Positions 59,005 to 64,000 of a stretch of 64,000 nt of DNA are shown one piece after another; within the stretch, counting starts at the first letter, position 1, and each line of letters starts with the position of its first letter. Origin of the DNA: an uncultured delta proteobacterium. GTDB lineage: Bacteria; Desulfobacterota; Binatia; Binatales; Binataceae. The stretch spans positions 1,120,001 through 1,184,000 of the forward strand of contig CAVRVY010000004.1 of assembly GCA_963724765.1 (NCBI GenBank). The letters run 5' to 3'. The notes under the pieces are model-generated. The model did not search any database. It was not told where the DNA came from and worked only from the letters and a program-made list of their open reading frames with translations. Both the position numbers and the translations under genes were made by a program.

Positions 59005-61041
59005 TCAGGCCGAGGCCACCGGGTCCACGGTAACCTCCACGGCGTGCACGCTGGTGCTTTCCCCCATGTCCGACTTGCGCCCGGGATTCAGCACGTTCAC
59101 GTTTCTTTGCCCGGTTTCCTGCTTGGGCCAGCGGCCCTTGTACGACAGCGCGACGCCGCGAGGCAGCGTCTCGGTCAAGGTGACGCGCATCACCAGGCGG
59201 CCGGTTTCATTCGCCACCAACGCCTGGTCGCCCTCGGCGAGACCCCGACCGGCGGCGTCGGCCGGATGCATCGCGATCGCGGCCGGGCCCACGTGGGCCA
59301 CTATCTTGGCCACGTTGGAGAAGCTGTCGTTCAGACTCCATTGCGACGATGGCGACAACAATCGCAGCCGCCCCGACGCCGGTCGGGGATCGGCGAGCGG
59401 CTGCGGAACTCGCGGATGGCCGTCGGCCGCGGCGCTCTCCGAGGCGATTTCGATACGTCCGCTGGGAGTAGGAAAGTTGAGGTCGCGAAATTGGATCGCC
59501 GGCTCGGCGGGAAGGTGCACGGGCGTTCGTGCGGCGAACGCGCGGAAATCCCCGTCGAGCTTTGCACGCTTTAGCAGCGTGACGATCATTTCGGCATCGC
59601 TCTCATGCAGTTCGGGCTCGGTAAAGCCCATCGCGCGGGCCAGACGGCGGAATATTTCCGAATTGGGCAGCGCCTCGCCGATCGGCTCTGCCGCCTTGAC
59701 CTGCGCCGCTAGCGTCAAATGAAAGTAGCTCGCCACGAGATCGTCGAATTCCAGGAAGCTCGCCGCCGGCAGTACAAAGTCGGCAAAGTCGGTGGTGTCG
59801 GTCGGGAACAGATCGAGCACGACGGTCAGCAGGTCTTCCCGCACAAGCGCCTTGCGCAGGCGCTGCTGCTGCGGGTTGGACGCCGCGATATTGATGTTCC
59901 AGCAGATCAAGGCCTGCGCGCGCGCCGGGTCTTCAAGACAGGCCGCGAGGTCCATGTGGCTGATTGACGGAGCGCCGCCCTTGCTCAGATGCGGCGCGGT
60001 CAGATATTCGGCGTCGATCCCGCGTTGCGCCATGTCGAAGTTCAAGTACACGAAACCGGTGCCGGGCTTGCCGATATTTCCGGTGACCGCGGGAAGAATC
60101 GAGCACGCGCGCATCACGTTGCCGCCGGTCGGCTGACGCTGGAGCGCCTGGCCCATCCACAGCAGCGACGGCCCCCGGCCATACAGTTGCGCAACCTCCT
60201 CGATCAGGTGGGCCGGCACGCCGGTCTGAGCTGCGCCCCAAGCGGGAGTACATGGCGCCAGCATCGGTTCGAGTTCGTTCCATCCCACGGTGTGTTGTGC
60301 GACGAAGTCGCGATCGACCAGCCCTTCCCGCTGGATGACGTGCAGCATCGAAAACGCCAGCGCCGCGTCGCTCCCCGGGAACGGTTGAAGATGGATATCC
60401 GCGGCCTTAGCGGTCGGCGTGCGCACTGGGTCGATTACGACCACCTTGCCCGGCAGCTTCTCGATCCAATGCTCCTGCACGTGCGGACCCGAAGCTGAAG
60501 GATTGGCGCCCCATACGATGATACAGGCGGCGGCGTCGCCGATGCGCGGATCGAAGCCGCTCACCGAAGTTCCATAAACGTAGTGCAGGGCCACGTGGCC
60601 GGCCATGTTGCAAATCGTGTCGGGACTGACCTCGGTCGCGCCGAGCCGGTTGAAGAAACGCGTCGGAAAGAGGTATGCGATGAGCGAGATGGTGCCGCTG
60701 TAGTGCGTGTTGAGGATGGCCTGCGGCCCGGCGCTCGCGACGATCCGCTTGAGCCGGTCGGCGATCGCGGACAGCGCAACGTCCCATGACACCGGCTCGA
60801 AGCGGCCCTCGCCCTTGCCTCCGACGCGGCGGAGCGGCCGAGTCAGACGCGCACGCGGGTCCAGCCACTCGTTGTTGTAGCCAATCGAGCATTTGGGGCA
60901 CAACTGGCCCTGGCTTACGAAATGCGCGGGATCGCCGCGTACCGACTCGATCGCGCCGTTGCGCTTATGAACCGCAACACCGCAGGTATCGTAGCAATCG
61001 CGCGGGCAGGTGGTGCGAACGATTTCCTCGAGCTCGCTCAT
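59005..61041 (-). CDS. Cytoplasmic bis-MGD molybdopterin oxidoreductase
   Basis: AGGAG RBS; CPRDCYDTC..C Fe-S motif, TICNMAG, WGANP, DFVLPAA, FPTPSGRIE; no TAT signal. Confidence 0.92.
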   Translation of the reverse strand: MSELEEIVRTTCPRDCYDTCGVAVHKRNGAIESVRGDPAHFVSQGQLCPKCSIGYNNEWLDPRARLTRPLRRVGGKGEGRFEPVSWDVALSAIADRLKRIVASAGPQAILNTHYSGTISLIAYLFPTRFFNRLGATEVSPDTICNMAGHVALHYVYGTSVSGFDPRIGDAAACIIVWGANPSASGPHVQEHWIEKLPGKVVVIDPVRTPTAKAADIHLQPFPGSDAALAFSMLHVIQREGLVDRDFVAQHTVGWNELEPMLAPCTPAWGAAQTGVPAHLIEEVAQLYGRGPSLLWMGQALQRQPTGGNVMRACSILPAVTGNIGKPGTGFVYLNFDMAQRGIDAEYLTAPHLSKGGAPSISHMDLAACLEDPARAQALICWNINIAASNPQQQRLRKALVREDLLTVVLDLFPTDTTDFADFVLPAASFLEFDDLVASYFHLTLAAQVKAAEPIGEALPNSEIFRRLARAMGFTEPELHESDAEMIVTLLKRAKLDGDFRAFAARTPVHLPAEPAIQFRDLNFPTPSGRIEIASESAAADGHPRVPQPLADPRPASGRLRLLSPSSQWSLNDSFSNVAKIVAHVGPAAIAMHPADAAGRGLAEGDQALVANETGRLVMRVTLTETLPRGVALSYKGRWPKQETGQRNVNVLNPGRKSDMGESTSVHAVEVTVDPVASA

Positions 61042-61055
61042 CGTGAACGCTCCTG

Positions 61056-62483
61056 TTAATTCGGCGCATCGCCCGTGGCTTGCGCGACTTCCGATGCGGG
61101 CTGATTCGCGCCGGCGAATCCGGCAATCCGTTTGCCCCGGGCGCGGATCCAGAACAACCCTATTATCATGTACGCAAGGAATATGTATGGGAAAACGCCA
61201 TACGGCCAAGCAGGGATTGGATATACGCTCCCGACCGCAGGAAACAGCAGCAACAGCGCCGCCGCGCCGGCGAGCGCATAATCGCGGCCGCGAACGATGC
61301 CTTCGTGCTTCAGATATGCGGGCGCCGCGATTGAAACCAGGAAGTATGAGCCGATGAATCCGAACGCGGTCAGAGTTCCGGCGTAACCGACGATGTCGAA
61401 CGGCTGCGTCCCCGGCACCAGCAGCATCGCAGCCGGCACCACGAAGAGCAGCGCGCCCATTATGGTTACCGCGACGTGCGGCGTTTCGTGGGTGTCGTGC
61501 GCGGCGCCGACGGATGAAGGGAGAAGCCCGTGATGGCTCAGCGAGTAGAGAATCCGCGCGCCCGAATTGAGACACGCCAGCCCGCCCGAGAAGCAGCTTA
61601 CGATGACTGCCAGGGACAACGGCACCACCAGCGCGGGCATCCTCACCACCTGGGCCAGGATGTTGAGCGGCGTATCGACCTTATCCAGCGGCGTCTTGTA
61701 ACCGATGAAGCCGAGTATCTCGGTGTAGGAAACCAGCACGAAAAAGAGACCCGTCAGCACCAGGTTTACGATCAGCACGCGCGGAATCGTAACCAGCGGC
61801 TCCTTCGCCTCATCGCCGAAGGCGGTGGCGTTCTCGAAGCCTACCAGACTGAAGACCGCGATATTCACGCCCATCGCGATTCCGGACAGCGAGGATCCTT
61901 TCAGGGTGAGCTGCGCGGTATCCAGCGCGAATTTGTGTTTGGACAGCACCACGGCACAGAGGATCAGAATCATCGTTATCGAGACGGCTTCGAACACCAG
62001 CATCACGATGCTCGAAATCTGTACGTCCTCGTAAGCGAGGAACCAGATTATGAAGCACAGGATCGCAAACATCAGCATGTTCGGTATCTGGAACCCGAGC
62101 ATCCCGAGCAGCGCGTTGCCAAAGATCGCGAAGCCCGCCACCCCGGCGATACCGTCGAAGAGGTAAGCCCAGACCAGGCACCATCCCGAGACCCCGCCGG
62201 TCGTCGCACCGAGTCCCATCACCGTGTAGGTGTGCATGGAACCGGTCGCGGCCGAACGGCGCGCGAACTGGTTCAGATTGAAGGTCACGAACAGCAGCAT
62301 GATCGTTCCGAAGAGGTAAGCGAGCCAGCTTGCATTGCCGGCGTTGGCGTATATCAGCGGAACGATCAGCGCCGCGACGATGGTCGGCCCGATATTCGCC
62401 ACCGAGATCGCCGAGAGCTCGGTGAAGTTGAGGCATCCGGCGCGTAATGCTCCCGCCGCGGCCTTTTTCGAGGAGGTTTCCAT
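61056..62483 (-). CDS. APC-family amino acid/amine permease
   Basis: SVANIGP, FSLVGFE.A..FGDEAK.P, AR.LYS, TPHVA. Confidence 0.9.
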   Translation of the reverse strand: METSSKKAAAGALRAGCLNFTELSAISVANIGPTIVAALIVPLIYANAGNASWLAYLFGTIMLLFVTFNLNQFARRSAATGSMHTYTVMGLGATTGGVSGWCLVWAYLFDGIAGVAGFAIFGNALLGMLGFQIPNMLMFAILCFIIWFLAYEDVQISSIVMLVFEAVSITMILILCAVVLSKHKFALDTAQLTLKGSSLSGIAMGVNIAVFSLVGFENATAFGDEAKEPLVTIPRVLIVNLVLTGLFFVLVSYTEILGFIGYKTPLDKVDTPLNILAQVVRMPALVVPLSLAVIVSCFSGGLACLNSGARILYSLSHHGLLPSSVGAAHDTHETPHVAVTIMGALLFVVPAAMLLVPGTQPFDIVGYAGTLTAFGFIGSYFLVSIAAPAYLKHEGIVRGRDYALAGAAALLLLFPAVGSVYPIPAWPYGVFPYIFLAYMIIGLFWIRARGKRIAGFAGANQPASEVAQATGDAPN

Positions 62484-62510
62484 AGGACCGTACAATCTAG
62501 TTTCGCGCGA

Positions 62511-62554
62511 TGGCCCGTGCAAAGAGCCACTTTGCTGCGATCTTATAGAGCCAC
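62511..62554. promoter_or_regulatory. Candidate MocR operator
   Basis: AGAGCCAC direct repeat at 62523 and 62547 (24-bp spacing) plus an inverted TGGC at 62511. Confidence 0.55.
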
Positions 62555-62662
62555 CTAGCGCATGCGGCCGACCAGGTTGTAATCGGCCTCATCGTGTAAT
62601 TGACTGGCAGCGGCGGGGTTTTGCGCTCGAATTTGCATTCGGGGGCGCCGCCGATATCGGCA

Positions 62663-64000
62663 ATGTTTCTCAAGCTCGATCAGCAAGGGTTGCTCTACAG
62701 CCAGGTTTACCGGGCGCTCCGCCGGCAGATCCTCAGCGGGAGGATGCGTCCGGGCTCGCGCCTGCCGTCGACCAGATGGCTCGCCTCGGAACTTGGGATT
62801 TCGCGCAACACCGCGCTGCTCGCGTACGAGCAGCTAATCGCCGAAGGATACCTGACCGCGGGCTCGCACGCCGGCACGAAGGTGGCCTCGGAACTTCCCG
62901 AGAATCTCACTTTCGTCGCGCCCGACCGGGTCTCTGGCAAACACGCAATCCCGTCCGCGGTCCGGCTATCCAGCTTCGCCTCCGTGATTGCCGACGATCC
63001 GGTCAGTGCGTCATTGATTCGGGAGATACTGCTGCGCCCCGCGTTGCCCTACGATTTTCGCTACGGCCGTCCTTCGTTTGCCGATTTCCCGCATGCGACT
63101 TGGGATCGCACGTTGGCGCGCCGCGCAAGGCGCCGTTCGATTGGCGACCTCGACTACGGAGCACCGGAAGGAATGGCGCCGCTGCGCAAGGAGTTGGCGG
63201 AATATCTGCGCCGCGCACGCGCGGTCAACTGCTCGCCCGAGCAAGTTATTGTTGTGAGCGGCTCACAACAGGCCATCGACCTCGCCGTGTGTGTCCTGAT
63301 CGATCGCGGCGACCGCGTGGTGCTCGAGAATCCGCACTACTTTCCCGCGCGCAACGTATCGCGCGCGGCCGGCGCATCGATCGAATTCGTCGACGTCGAT
63401 GACCAGGGGATGAAGATCGGCGACCTGGCGGCGAAAAGAGGACGGGTCAAGTTGGTCTTCGTCACCCCATCGCATCAGTTTCCCACCGGCGCGCTGATGC
63501 CGCTTGGGCGCAGGCTGGAGCTGCTGGCCTGGGCAAATCGTACCGGCGCGGTCGTTTTCGAGGACGACTACGACAGCGAGTATCGCTATTCCGGCCGGCC
63601 GGTCGAAGCGCTCCAGGCGCTCGACGAGAGCGGCCGGGTGCTGTATTCGGGCACCTTTTCAAAGACGATGTTTCCCGGTTTGCGGCTCGGCTACCTGGTA
63701 GTCCCCAATCAGCTCGTCGATATCTTCCGCTCGGTCAAGTCTTTGCTCGACGCCGCGTGCCCCACGAACACGCAGCTTGCGCTCGCGGAATTCATGCGCG
63801 ACGGCCACTTCGAGCGGCATCTGCGCCGATCGAATGCGCGCAACGCCGAGCGGCGTGCCGTGTTGCTGGAGTCGATCGGCCGCCACCTCGGCGGACGGGT
63901 CGAGGTGTCGGGCGCCGAAGGTGGGCTGCACATTCTGCTCTGGCTGAGCGACATTTCGATGCGCCGCAGCGCCGACGTTGTCGCGCGCGCCGAGCAAGCG
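62663..64000 (+). CDS. MocR/GabR-family GntR-PLP regulator, 3'-truncated by window edge
   Basis: Translated by hand: LYSQVYRALR..LPSTRWLA.ELGISRNT..AYEQL.AEGY; TPSHQFPTG, EDDYDSE, GTFSKTMFPGLRLGY. Confidence 0.92.
   Translation, partial: MFLKLDQQGLLYSQVYRALRRQILSGRMRPGSRLPSTRWLASELGISRNTALLAYEQLIAEGYLTAGSHAGTKVASELPENLTFVAPDRVSGKHAIPSAVRLSSFASVIADDPVSASLIREILLRPALPYDFRYGRPSFADFPHATWDRTLARRARRRSIGDLDYGAPEGMAPLRKELAEYLRRARAVNCSPEQVIVVSGSQQAIDLAVCVLIDRGDRVVLENPHYFPARNVSRAAGASIEFVDVDDQGMKIGDLAAKRGRVKLVFVTPSHQFPTGALMPLGRRLELLAWANRTGAVVFEDDYDSEYRYSGRPVEALQALDESGRVLYSGTFSKTMFPGLRLGYLVVPNQLVDIFRSVKSLLDAACPTNTQLALAEFMRDGHFERHLRRSNARNAERRAVLLESIGRHLGGRVEVSGAEGGLHILLWLSDISMRRSADVVARAEQA

Noticed and set aside
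61042-61575. N-terminal extension of the molybdoenzyme
   Set aside because: Overlaps the permease; RBS and ATG at 61041 fit the family start
62335-63402. 355-aa plus-strand ORF
   Set aside because: Off-frame shadow of the MocR gene starting at 62663

Overview
GC-rich bacterial window. The gene content (several luciferase-like monooxygenases, DUF6285/APH/acyl-CoA dehydrogenase trio) is reminiscent of Candidatus Binatota, but that is inference only. Four blocks: (1) 1-12.3 kb, the end of an exopolysaccharide operon (ExeA-like ATPase, degenerate BY-kinase, amino-sugar enzymes, priming transferase, Wzx, glycosyltransferases, deacetylase, FemAB/GNAT). (2) 12.8-18 kb, a partly lower-GC patch with a secreted dimethylformamidase-beta-like protein carrying PT linkers and duplicated Ig-like domains, plus a 10-Cys small protein. 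(3) 18-42 kb, an envelope island with two MCE systems (Pqi and Mla-like), arylsulfatase, an octaheme cytochrome/TPR protein, DUF4410/DUF3313/glycine-zipper lipoproteins and a GAF kinase with two receivers. Its main promoter regions share an 18-bp palindrome, consensus ATCGGACYWWRGTCCRAT, the strongest unexplained signal here. (4) 43-64 kb, catabolic genes, including a MocR-linked permease/Mo-enzyme/hydantoinase-oxoprolinase/LLM operon. At 42.8-43.9 kb two repeats occur once joined (A-B) and once flanking a gene (A'-gene-B'). Five genes carry frameshift, nonsense or deletion lesions that may be real or assembly errors. No rRNA, tRNA, CRISPR array or intact transposase was seen. All family assignments come from motif recognition by eye, not database searches.
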